Part shown: piece by piece, positions 49,963-58,413 of the stretch | Numbering within the stretch: position 1 is the first letter of the stretch | How the letters are laid out: every line of letters begins with the position of its first letter | NCBI GenBank assembly: GCA_014584605.1 | Contig: JACTMO010000053.1 | Location: forward strand, 25,792-89,791 | DNA: 64,000 nt | Source of the DNA: Bacteroidota bacterium | GTDB lineage: Bacteria > Bacteroidota > Bacteroidia > Flavobacteriales_F > PHOS-HE28 | Reading direction: 5' to 3' | Program-made: the position numbers and the translations under genes | Notes under the pieces: generated by a model | What the model was told of the DNA's origin: nothing | The model's input: only the letters and a program-made list of their open reading frames with translations | Databases searched by the model: none

Positions 49963-50523
49963 ATGAAGCGCGCGATCCTCTTGTTCTCGGTCCTGACCCT
50001 GGCGGCCTGCCAGAAGGAAGAAACCGCTCCGACCCCGACGGGTGGGAGCGACCCGAACGCATGGACCCCGCCGACCACCAGCTATTGGAAGATCAACGGG
50101 GTGGCCAACGGCAGCAGCATGGACGCGGTGAGCGTGAACATCACCGGGAACAACATGGGCTTGGCCAAGCCCTTTCCGGACCTTGGCTTCGGCTACTGCC
50201 AGCTGCGTGTTTTCTCGGACAACAACAACCTCAATATCCGGGACAGCGTACCGGAAGGTGGCTACATCACCCTGCCCATCACCATCAACAGCACCTCCAA
50301 CAACGACTCCATCCGCGTGGAACTGGACGTTGAGGATAATAACAGCGGTACCCAGGGCAACTACTTCTACCGGGCCACCGGCGGCACGGTGTACATCTCG
50401 AAGTCGGGCGGCAAGCTGCGCTATACCAGCAACGGCACCCTGGCCATGGAAGGGGTGAAATACCCAGACATGCAGAGCTACATCTACACCTGCCAGCTTT
50501 CCTTCAGCCAGGTTCAGCCGTAG
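49963..50523 (+). CDS. Hypothetical lipoprotein
   Basis: [16 protein letters not shown] lipobox followed by QKEE; beta-rich body. Confidence 0.8.
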   Translation: MKRAILLFSVLTLAACQKEETAPTPTGGSDPNAWTPPTTSYWKINGVANGSSMDAVSVNITGNNMGLAKPFPDLGFGYCQLRVFSDNNNLNIRDSVPEGGYITLPITINSTSNNDSIRVELDVEDNNSGTQGNYFYRATGGTVYISKSGGKLRYTSNGTLAMEGVKYPDMQSYIYTCQLSFSQVQP

Positions 50524-50789
50524 GTCCCGGTCCGCACCGTGTGGTGCGAGGGGGCATTTGCCCAATGCAGCGAATGCTGGGCATCCGGTGGCGTTCATGG
50601 GACTCGACGAGAGTGCGCGGGGCACCATGGGGAACATTGCGGCACCACTCGGCCTTGTGCTCCCTTTTGCAAATTCGAAGGTCCTGGCCAGGACTCCTGT
50701 GGCCGGGCCGCTGTATTTTCCGCCCTGAACGGTCCTCCCATGCGTTTTCTGGTCGTTGTTCTGCTGTTCTGCTGCGTGCAAAGAACCGA

Positions 50790-51110
50790 TCAAGTCCCCT
50801 CATGTCCGGCGGAGCACTCCGCCGGACCCGGCAAGGAGGGGTACGGGGTGGTTACCGCTGATGGGGAACAAGATCCCTGAGTTGAAACCTCCCCCGGCCC
50901 CTCCTTGTGCGGCGCGTGGAGGGTTCCACGCGCAGGAGGGGAGTTGAACGGAATGAAGCCCCCTCCTGTCCGGCGGAACGCTTCGCCGGAAATGGCAAGG
51001 AGGGATACGGGGTGGTTTCCGTTGATGGGGAACAAGATCCCTGAGTTGAAATCTCCCCCGGCCCCTCCTTGTGCGGCGCGTGGAGGGTTCCACGCGCAGG
51101 AGGGGAGTTG
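50790..51110. repeat. REP-like array, left block: two 164-bp units, each an inverted pair of 58-bp arms
   Basis: Arms L1 50796-50853, R1 50886-50943, L2 50960-51017, R2 51050-51107; core CCCCTCCT..hairpin..AGGAGGGG. Confidence 0.9.
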
Positions 51111-51130
51111 GATTGCGTCAAGGGTCCTCG

Positions 51131-51514
51131 CTAAGTGCGATCGCTGGACGGCTCTTCCGCGAGTGTCGTGCGGATCATTTCCAGCACACCCTCCGGATCC
51201 TTCAGTAATTCCCGGTTCTCGATCCGAAGGACCCGGATCCCCAATGCACGCAGGAGCTCATCCCGGGCGCCGTCGTTCGCGTCGCCGAGCACCTCAAAGT
51301 GCTCTGCGCCATCCAGTTCGATCGCCAGTCGCTTGGCCGGACAATAGAAGTCCAGGACGATCGAGCTGCCGATGCTGTGCTGCCGACGGAACTTGAATCC
51401 ATCGAGTTTTCGTCCGCGGATCAACGACCACAACGCATCCTCCGCGGCCGTGGACGCCGCCCGAAGCCCGCGGCGAATTTCGAGGAGTTCCGGCCTGTTG
51501 TGGATACTGGTCAT
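51131..51514 (-). CDS. DUF559 (Vsr-like) endonuclease domain protein
   Basis: RRGLRAASTAAEDALWSLIRGRKLDGFKFRRQHSIG..LDFYCPAKRLAIELDGAEH...DGARDELLRALGIRVLRIEN is the canonical DUF559 signature. Confidence 0.92.
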   Translation of the reverse strand: MTSIHNRPELLEIRRGLRAASTAAEDALWSLIRGRKLDGFKFRRQHSIGSSIVLDFYCPAKRLAIELDGAEHFEVLGDANDGARDELLRALGIRVLRIENRELLKDPEGVLEMIRTTLAEEPSSDRT

Positions 51515-51546
51515 CCCGGTCGTGTTGTGGTGGATGAAGGTATGGG

Positions 51547-51866
51547 CTGAGTTGAAACCTCCCCCAGCCCCTCCTTGTGCGGCGCGTGGAGTATTCCACG
51601 CGCAGGAGGGGAGTTCCGCGATCAAGCCCCCTCCTGTCCGGCGGAACACTCCGCCGGACCCGGCAAGGAGGGGTACGGGGTGGTTACCGTTGTTGGGGAA
51701 CAAGATCCTGAGTTGAAACCTCCCCCGACCCCTCCTTGTTCGGCGTGTGGAGGGTTCCACACGCAGGAGGGGAGTTGGATCGGTTGTGCGGCGCGTGGAG
51801 TATTCCACGCGCAGGAGGGGAGTTGAACGGAATGAAGTCCCCTCCTGTCCGGCGGAACGCTCCGCA
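51547..51866. repeat. REP-like array, right block
   Basis: Arms R3 51556-51613, L3 51628-51685, R4 51717-51774, partial R5 51784-51822, partial L4 51839-51865. Confidence 0.9.
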
Positions 51867-51982
51867 TTCGGGTCTTCTTGCACTGGAGCTCCTGCCGGTC
51901 GGGTCGTGCGCCACGAACGACAACAAGGAAAAAATTCACACAGAACGCCGATCATTCAAGGAACGTGGATACTTTTCCACCA

Positions 51983-52714
51983 GTGAACCCCACGGTATTC
52001 ATTGTAGAGGATGAGCCGCAGGCCCGCGAGCTGATCCGCGCGTTGTTGACCAAGCGGCATCCACGCGTCAAGCTGGTGGGCGAGGCGGGCGATGTGCATA
52101 GCGCCGCGGACGCGATCCGTGCCGCAGTGCCGCAGGTGCTCTTCCTGGACGTGGACCTGGGCGGGCTGGACGGGTTCGACCTCCTGCGTCGTATCGTGCC
52201 GGTGGAGCCGTTGGTGATCTTCACCACCGGCAAGGCTGAACACGCGGTCCAGGCCTTCGATGTGCGGGCGGTCGACTTTCTGGTGAAGCCCATCAGCGGT
52301 CCGCGCTTCGACGAGGCCGTGCTGCGCGCCCTGGAGCAGTTGGAACGGCGGGCACCCCAGGTCCCCCCGGGCATGGTGGTGAGCGACCGCCGCATTGCAC
52401 TGCCCGACGCGCGGGGGCTGACGCTGCTTCCGCTGGACGAACTGCTGTACTGCGCCAGCGACAACAACTACACCCTGGTGCACCGGCGCGGCGAGGCGCG
52501 GCCACTGGTGGTGAGCCGAGGCATTGTGGCGTTCGACGACGCGCTGCACGACCAGGGCTTCGTGCGCATCCACCAACGGTACCTGGTGAACCGCAAGCAC
52601 ATCCAGCGCTACATCAAGGGCGAGGGCGGCGAGGTGATCATGAGCGATGGCGCCAACCTGCCTGTGAGCCGCCGCCAGAAGGCCGACCTGATGGAGGCCC
52701 TGGAGCGGCTCTGA
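51983..52714 (+). CDS. LytTR family response regulator (no adjacent kinase)
   Basis: IVEDEPQARE, LFLDVDL, DFLVKP, SDNNYT, FVRIHQRYLVN and LPVSRR motifs; GTG start at 51983. Confidence 0.9.
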   Translation: MNPTVFIVEDEPQARELIRALLTKRHPRVKLVGEAGDVHSAADAIRAAVPQVLFLDVDLGGLDGFDLLRRIVPVEPLVIFTTGKAEHAVQAFDVRAVDFLVKPISGPRFDEAVLRALEQLERRAPQVPPGMVVSDRRIALPDARGLTLLPLDELLYCASDNNYTLVHRRGEARPLVVSRGIVAFDDALHDQGFVRIHQRYLVNRKHIQRYIKGEGGEVIMSDGANLPVSRRQKADLMEALERL

Positions 52715-52722
52715 ACCGAATT

Positions 52723-52751
52723 CACGATCACAACCGCCACGAACACGATCA
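52723..52751 (+). promoter_or_regulatory. Putative LytTR-binding direct repeat
   Basis: CACGATCA at 52723 and 52744 (21-bp period), upstream of 52809. Confidence 0.5.
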
Positions 52752-52808
52752 TCCATCCGGCCTCGCCCGGCACCACCCACCTTCGGCCCACGAACAACAC
52801 ACTAACCC

Positions 52809-53888
52809 ATGAGAACATTCTTCCTTCTGGCCCTTGCGCTCGTTACCAGCATGATGGCGAACGCCCAAGGCGTGATCACGCGCCAGTTGAACGGGCAATC
52901 CTTCTTCTACTATGCCGGAGAGCTGCAACAGGTCTTCGACGATGCCGAGCAGTCCGCTGGCCAGGATACGGTGATCCTTGCGGGCGGTCAGTACATGACG
53001 GCCACCGACCTCTTTATCCGGACGCCGATCGTGCTCATGGGCAGTGGGGTGTACCCGGACAGTGTGACGGCCTACGGCGGGCGGACAACGATATCCGGCA
53101 GTGGATTCAGGTACCTGCGCATCATGGAGGATGCAGATGGCACGCAACTCCACGGGATCGCCTTCATGGGAAGCATTGGTGTGACGATCGGAACCTCGCT
53201 GAGCACATCCGATGCAGATGGTGTTGTGGTGTCCCGTTGTGAACTTGAAGTGCTGTACCTGGGCTCCGGCTCATACGGGTCCAATGCGAACGACCCCTTG
53301 GTTGAACAGTGCATCATCACCAACCTGGACTTGAATGAATGCACCGATCCCACGATCCGCAATTGTGTGATCGGCAGCATGGATGGGGGGATACCGACCA
53401 CCGACGCGCGGGTCGAGCAATGCATGTTCTTCAACTTTGCGCTGAACAGCAACACAGGCAACGAGTACACCAACTGCATCTTCATCCGCAATCAATCGAA
53501 CGCCTTTGTGGCCAACGAAACGGGCGCCATCTTCCGCAACAACCTTTTCGTGGGCCAGAGCGGATTCTCCTTCAGTATCGGTCCAAATGCCACGGACGGA
53601 GGCGGCAATGTGAGCGACAGCCCGATCAACACCGTGAACGGCGCATTTCCGCAGCTAACGTCCACCAGCTACACCGTCTTTGCTCATGGGGACAACTACA
53701 CGCCGGCCGTGCAATGGTTGACCGCCGGTCTGGGCGGCACCCAGGTGGGGATCCATGGTGGTGCGCGACCCTGGAAGGATGGGCTGCTGCCGTTCAATCC
53801 GCATTGGATCCAGTTGATCGCACCGAGCACCACGGTGAACGGCACTTTGCAGGGGGTGCAGATCAAGGCCAGCGCACAGCAACCCTGA
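52809..53888 (+). CDS. Exported parallel beta-helix-like protein
   Basis: Signal peptide; DTVILAGGQY; repeated xxxVEQCI/IRNCVI/YTNCIF/FRNNLF coils; VGIHGG..PWKDG C-terminus. Confidence 0.7.
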   Translation: MRTFFLLALALVTSMMANAQGVITRQLNGQSFFYYAGELQQVFDDAEQSAGQDTVILAGGQYMTATDLFIRTPIVLMGSGVYPDSVTAYGGRTTISGSGFRYLRIMEDADGTQLHGIAFMGSIGVTIGTSLSTSDADGVVVSRCELEVLYLGSGSYGSNANDPLVEQCIITNLDLNECTDPTIRNCVIGSMDGGIPTTDARVEQCMFFNFALNSNTGNEYTNCIFIRNQSNAFVANETGAIFRNNLFVGQSGFSFSIGPNATDGGGNVSDSPINTVNGAFPQLTSTSYTVFAHGDNYTPAVQWLTAGLGGTQVGIHGGARPWKDGLLPFNPHWIQLIAPSTTVNGTLQGVQIKASAQQP

Positions 53889-53891
53889 GCC

Positions 53892-55142
53892 ATGGGACGC
53901 GCGCTCTTGCTTCTGGTGCTTCTGGCTCCGATGTGGGCCACGGCACAGGTGCCGGACCTTTCCGGATACGAGTACTGGTTCGATCAGGCGGATGCGGACA
54001 ACGAACGGGTGTTCGTTCCCTTCACCGCGCCCGGCCAGGTGGTGAGTTTGAGCAGCGAACAACTCGCTGCGGCGGCACTTGGCGTGGGTCAGCACCGCCT
54101 GCACATCCGCCTGCGCGATCAGGCGGGCCGCTGGAGCAGCACCTTGTTCCGCTCGTTCCTGATCCATCCGGCCGGCCCCTTCGCGGTGATCTCCGGCGAA
54201 TACTGGTTCGACCAGGACGATGCGAACCGGCAATCCTTCAACCTGACACCGGGTGGCAGCGTGTCCATCACCCTGAACACACCGGCCGGAGGACTTTCGA
54301 CGGGCCAGCATCGCGTTCACTACCGCCTGCGCGATGACCACGGGGTATGGAGCAGTGTGCTGGCACGGAAGTTCCTGGTGACCACGGAAGGCCCGCACGA
54401 GCTTGTGCTCCTGCGCTACTGGAGCGAACCCGTTCCACAGAACCCCAGCGACATGACCGAGGTACCCATCACACCCGCCGTGCAGGTGCTGGACATCGTC
54501 GATGACGTGCTCTTCTGCAACTGGAGCAGCACGGGGCAGACCGATGTGTATTTCCAACTACAGGACAACCACGGGCAGTGGAGCTCGGTGATCACGCGCG
54601 GCATCGACGTGGATGCGGTGAGCGCGCCTCCTGCAGCGACCACGATCTCGGGCCCAGCCCTGGTGCTGGACAACAGCGCGCAGACCTACACGGCCACCAC
54701 GGTACCCGGCGCCTCGTACTATGTGTGGACCCTGCCGACGGGATGGTCGGGGACCAGCACCGGCAATTCGATCAACGTAACGACAGGCGCGCCCGGCGAG
54801 GATGGATGGGTGGTCGTGACCGCCGGCAACGGATGCGGCCTTGGAGATCCGGACAGCCTGTTCGTGACGATCACCGGCACGGGCATACCGATTGACGGAA
54901 CGACAGGCATCTTGCTTTTCCCCAACCCCACCACCGGCCTGATGACCATCGCGCTGCCGGATGCCGAAGGAGCGGAGCGCCTCCAAGTGTTCAACGCGCA
55001 AGGTGCCGTGGTGCGCGATGAACACCCGGCGCCTTCCGATCGCCTGACGCTGGACCTCCGCGGCGCGGCTGAGGGCCTCTACACCGTTCGTCTGCATCGC
55101 GATGCGCAGATCACCGACCTGCGGGTGATGCTGCGGCGATGA
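53892..55142 (+). CDS. T9SS type A sorting domain protein with EYWFD repeats and a PKD-like domain
   Basis: Three (E/R)YW(FD)...RLxDxxGxWSS modules; C-terminal LFPNPTTG...VFNAQG...GLYTVRL T9SS CTD. Confidence 0.85.
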   Translation: MGRALLLLVLLAPMWATAQVPDLSGYEYWFDQADADNERVFVPFTAPGQVVSLSSEQLAAAALGVGQHRLHIRLRDQAGRWSSTLFRSFLIHPAGPFAVISGEYWFDQDDANRQSFNLTPGGSVSITLNTPAGGLSTGQHRVHYRLRDDHGVWSSVLARKFLVTTEGPHELVLLRYWSEPVPQNPSDMTEVPITPAVQVLDIVDDVLFCNWSSTGQTDVYFQLQDNHGQWSSVITRGIDVDAVSAPPAATTISGPALVLDNSAQTYTATTVPGASYYVWTLPTGWSGTSTGNSINVTTGAPGEDGWVVVTAGNGCGLGDPDSLFVTITGTGIPIDGTTGILLFPNPTTGLMTIALPDAEGAERLQVFNAQGAVVRDEHPAPSDRLTLDLRGAAEGLYTVRLHRDAQITDLRVMLRR

Positions 55143-55180
55143 GTTCTTCTTCATCACTCACCCCGGAACCCCAGGCCCTC

Positions 55181-56143
55181 ATGAACCGATCGATCCTGCT
55201 GACACTGGGCGCCACCGTGGCCCTCAGCGCCAGCGCACAACGCAAGAAGACCCCCACGGTCTACACCCCGCTCACGGGGGTCAGTACCGAGGAGGTACTG
55301 CCCGTGGCCGCCTATATGATCAAGACCTATTACAAGGGCGACATCGACTACCTGGCCTGGGGCGATCGGCATTTGCGTTCGTACTGGATCAACTACTACT
55401 GGGGCCTCGGCACCCAATGCCACCTGAAGGCCAACTTCAAGGTGGATGCGTCCAACGGGTTGGAGATCATCATGGACCCCGTGGAGATGTACGACACGGA
55501 CAGCCACCGGTGGATCGGCGCCCGGGAGGACAAACGTGAGCTGAACATCAAGATCGAGATGGTGGAGCACATCCGGGCGCGGCTGGCCGTGCCGGACAGC
55601 GTGCAGAAGGCGAAGGACTGGTTCTACACGGATCTGCGGGTGAACGCCTGCTTCTTCGAGACGGCGACCGAGCTGGCCGGTCAGCGCTGGTTCGAGGCCT
55701 ACCTGCGCGACAAGGCCGTGCAATGGACCGTGCCCTTCGATGACGTGAAGGCCAACGCGGTGGAGGGGTACAAATACGCCGAGCATTACAGCGCGGACAT
55801 CTCCAATACCGCGCTGGACCCCAATGCCGATGTGGTGAAGCGCTTCCAGATCGTCAAGTACACCAACTCGGACAAGAACGTGATGAGCAGCAAGGGGTCC
55901 AACCTGAAGGTGTCGGGATACTTCCGCTCCTTGACCTTCTCGAACGACCAGTTCCTCATCACCATCACCGAGGCATTGAACGACCCGCTGCCCAAGACCT
56001 CGGCGCAGGCCACGGAGAGCAAGGGCGGCGGCGCACTGGAGAACGCCGACAAGCTGAAGAAGCTGAAGGAGTTGCTGGACGCGGGCATCCTGACGAAGGC
56101 CGAGTATGACGCCGAGAAGAAGAAGCTGCTCGGCCCCCCCTGA
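55181..56143 (+). CDS. Exported protein with C-terminal SHOCT domain
   Basis: Signal peptide ending SAQ; ADKLKKLKELLDAGILTKAEYDAEKKKLL SHOCT motif. Confidence 0.85.
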   Translation: MNRSILLTLGATVALSASAQRKKTPTVYTPLTGVSTEEVLPVAAYMIKTYYKGDIDYLAWGDRHLRSYWINYYWGLGTQCHLKANFKVDASNGLEIIMDPVEMYDTDSHRWIGAREDKRELNIKIEMVEHIRARLAVPDSVQKAKDWFYTDLRVNACFFETATELAGQRWFEAYLRDKAVQWTVPFDDVKANAVEGYKYAEHYSADISNTALDPNADVVKRFQIVKYTNSDKNVMSSKGSNLKVSGYFRSLTFSNDQFLITITEALNDPLPKTSAQATESKGGGALENADKLKKLKELLDAGILTKAEYDAEKKKLLGPP

Positions 56144-56167
56144 CCTCACCGCGCCCATCCCAGGCAC

Positions 56168-57820
56168 GTGACCCGCCTGCTGTCGCCCCTGCTCTTCGCC
56201 GCTGCGCTGACCTGCCTGTTCCTGGGCTTCGCCGAGCTACGCACGGCCGAGGGCCCCGTGGGCCAACAGAGCGGCTGGGACCGTCTGCTGGGCCGGGTGC
56301 CCGACCTGAGCGCGTGGGCCACCGGAGAGGAGGTGGACGAAGCGGAGGTGGGCGCTCCGGAGGTCGTGTCCCCGCCCGAGCCGAACGAAAGCACCGCCGA
56401 CCGGGCCCGGCGCCTGTTGCGCGAGCAACGGTCCGCCCCGCCGACCAACCCGGACGCGGCGGTACCGGTCGTGTCGAACGAAGAACCGGGGGTTCCGATG
56501 GACCCGTGGACGGCCGTGGCGGTGCTGTGCGCACTGCTCGGCCTGGTGGGTGTGGCACTTCGCACGACCTGGGTACCAGTAGCCTCCTCGGCACTGGGCA
56601 TCGTGGGAGCCGGTGCGCTGGCGATCGGCCATTGGCAATGGGCCACGCAGCTGGCGGAGCAAGGGCTGCCCGCGTTGCGCATCGACGCCGGGGCGGTGGA
56701 AGCCCTGCCGGTCGCCGGCCTGTGGGCCGCGGTGGGCTTTCTGGTGGCCGCCGCCATCGCCGGTCTTGTGCCCCTGCTGCTGCACGAACGTCCGTCCTCC
56801 ACCTCACCGGCGACCCGCGGACGATCGGGCCCGTCGCCACGTCCCGTTCCGCACGCCGCACCTACCGCGCGTCCCCTACCCGATCCGCCCAAGGCCCCTG
56901 TGTCCTCCGTGCCGGTACGAGAAACCAGCGGACCCTCGGCGAGCGCCAGCGCGCCGTTACGCCCTGCTGATCGTCCGGGTGTCCCACCTTCGGGAGAAGG
57001 ATCACCCCCTGCACCCTCTGCACTTCTGGGTGCGACCAGCGTTCCCTCCGCGAGCGCTGGCGTGCCCCCGCCGCCCCCCGCGCGCCCCACTGTCCCCTCG
57101 GAAGAAGCCCCCCACCCTGCGTCCTCCGCGCCTCTACGTGAGGCCCGGCCCGAAAGCCTTTCTCCTGCCACTGCCCCCAACCCACCTCGCATGGATCCTC
57201 AGCACGCCCACCACAGCACACCGCCGCCGGCCGCCGCCTCGCCGCTGGACCACTTCACCGGCTTCGCACGGCCCTACTTTGCCCTGATCGATGGCGGCGC
57301 GTTGTTCCGAAAACCCTTCCGCTTCCTGTACATGGTGCTGGCCGCCCTCAACCTGCTGGCCATCCTGGGGGTGCTGGCGGTGATGTTCAAGGGCGGTGTG
57401 GGCGGCATCCTCATCGGCCTCTTCGGCATCTTCGGGCTGTGGATCGGCTTCCAGCTCTGGTGGGACCGCAAGGACCGCATCAACCAGTATGTGAGCCCGG
57501 GGTCGGAATTCGTGGCGCTGCCGGTGTTCGCCCATTTCTTCCAGACCTGCGGCGAGTGGTTCGGCACCCTGATGGCCATCGTGGGCACGGGCGCTTCGTT
57601 GGTGATGGCGTTGTTGGGCCGAAGCGGTGGGCATGGCCGCAGCCCCCTGGACATGTTCACGGCCATGGCCGGTGACGCGCCGTTGGTGGGGCTGATCGCC
57701 AGTCCGTTGCTCGGCTTCCTGATCATCATCCTCACCCGCGCCATCGCCGAGCAGATCCGGGCGCTGGTGGCCGTGGCCAACAACACCAAGGCCATCGAGG
57801 TGAACACACGCAAGGGCTGA
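56168..57820 (+). CDS. Hypothetical membrane protein: two TM bundles joined by a Pro/Ser/Ala-rich linker
   Basis: Hydrophobic segments at both ends; low-complexity central region; internal ATG at 57191 may start a separate protein. Confidence 0.6.
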   Translation: MTRLLSPLLFAAALTCLFLGFAELRTAEGPVGQQSGWDRLLGRVPDLSAWATGEEVDEAEVGAPEVVSPPEPNESTADRARRLLREQRSAPPTNPDAAVPVVSNEEPGVPMDPWTAVAVLCALLGLVGVALRTTWVPVASSALGIVGAGALAIGHWQWATQLAEQGLPALRIDAGAVEALPVAGLWAAVGFLVAAAIAGLVPLLLHERPSSTSPATRGRSGPSPRPVPHAAPTARPLPDPPKAPVSSVPVRETSGPSASASAPLRPADRPGVPPSGEGSPPAPSALLGATSVPSASAGVPPPPPARPTVPSEEAPHPASSAPLREARPESLSPATAPNPPRMDPQHAHHSTPPPAAASPLDHFTGFARPYFALIDGGALFRKPFRFLYMVLAALNLLAILGVLAVMFKGGVGGILIGLFGIFGLWIGFQLWWDRKDRINQYVSPGSEFVALPVFAHFFQTCGEWFGTLMAIVGTGASLVMALLGRSGGHGRSPLDMFTAMAGDAPLVGLIASPLLGFLIIILTRAIAEQIRALVAVANNTKAIEVNTRKG

Positions 57821-57914
57821 GCCGCCGTTCTCCCGATCGGGGCCGCCGCCTTCACACCGGCGCATGCCGAGGGCGCCCCTGGGGTCGGTGCTTTGGGGCA
57901 TCAACACGAACGCC

Positions 57915-58340
57915 ATGAACCCCAAGCCCCTCCTCGCCGCCCTACTGCTGTCCACCGGTATCCCCGCCGCCGCTCAGGTGACCCTGGCCCCGCTGCCCAC
58001 CCACGCACCCCAGGGCCTGGCCACCCAACTACAGGCCGCGCTGACCCCGGCGCTCGCGTCCATGGCGCCCTGCACGGTGCGGGTGGCGGAGGTCGCTGAA
58101 GGCCGCCACGGCAGCGGGGCCGCGCTGGTGATGGGACAGGCCCCGGCCCTTTGGCTGGTGCTGACGGTGGAGTGGATGGATGCCCGCGGACAGGCCCGGC
58201 GCACCGAACTGTATGCACAGGGCCGGGACAGCAAGGACCTGATGGAGGCGCTGGCCGACCGGATGGAGGCCTCTTTCGGGACCTGGACCCCCGTCCCACC
58301 GGCTGTCGAAGAGCCCGTTCAGGCCCGCCGCGAACGGTGA
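57915..58340 (+). CDS. Hypothetical exported protein
   Basis: MNPKPLLAALLLSTGIPAAAQ signal peptide. Confidence 0.6.
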   Translation: MNPKPLLAALLLSTGIPAAAQVTLAPLPTHAPQGLATQLQAALTPALASMAPCTVRVAEVAEGRHGSGAALVMGQAPALWLVLTVEWMDARGQARRTELYAQGRDSKDLMEALADRMEASFGTWTPVPPAVEEPVQARRER

Positions 58341-58413
58341 TACACGATGAACTGTGGATCAAGTCCAGCGGAAGTCCCGTTCGATGTGGAATGATCCCGC
58401 GAACTTTGGCTGG

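Noticed and set aside
50915-50935. GTTCCACGCG in R arms as parS sites
   Set aside because: Only a half-site; the palindrome centre differs from GTTCCACGTGGAAC and is explained by the arm's inner hairpin.
50790-51870. Repeat array as a CRISPR array
   Set aside because: Units are 58-bp inverted arms with conserved rather than unique spacers and a 164-bp period; there are no cas genes in the window.
51515-51955. N-terminal extension of the DUF559 ORF to 274 aa
   Set aside because: The extension is translated repeat DNA; the domain begins at ATG 51514.
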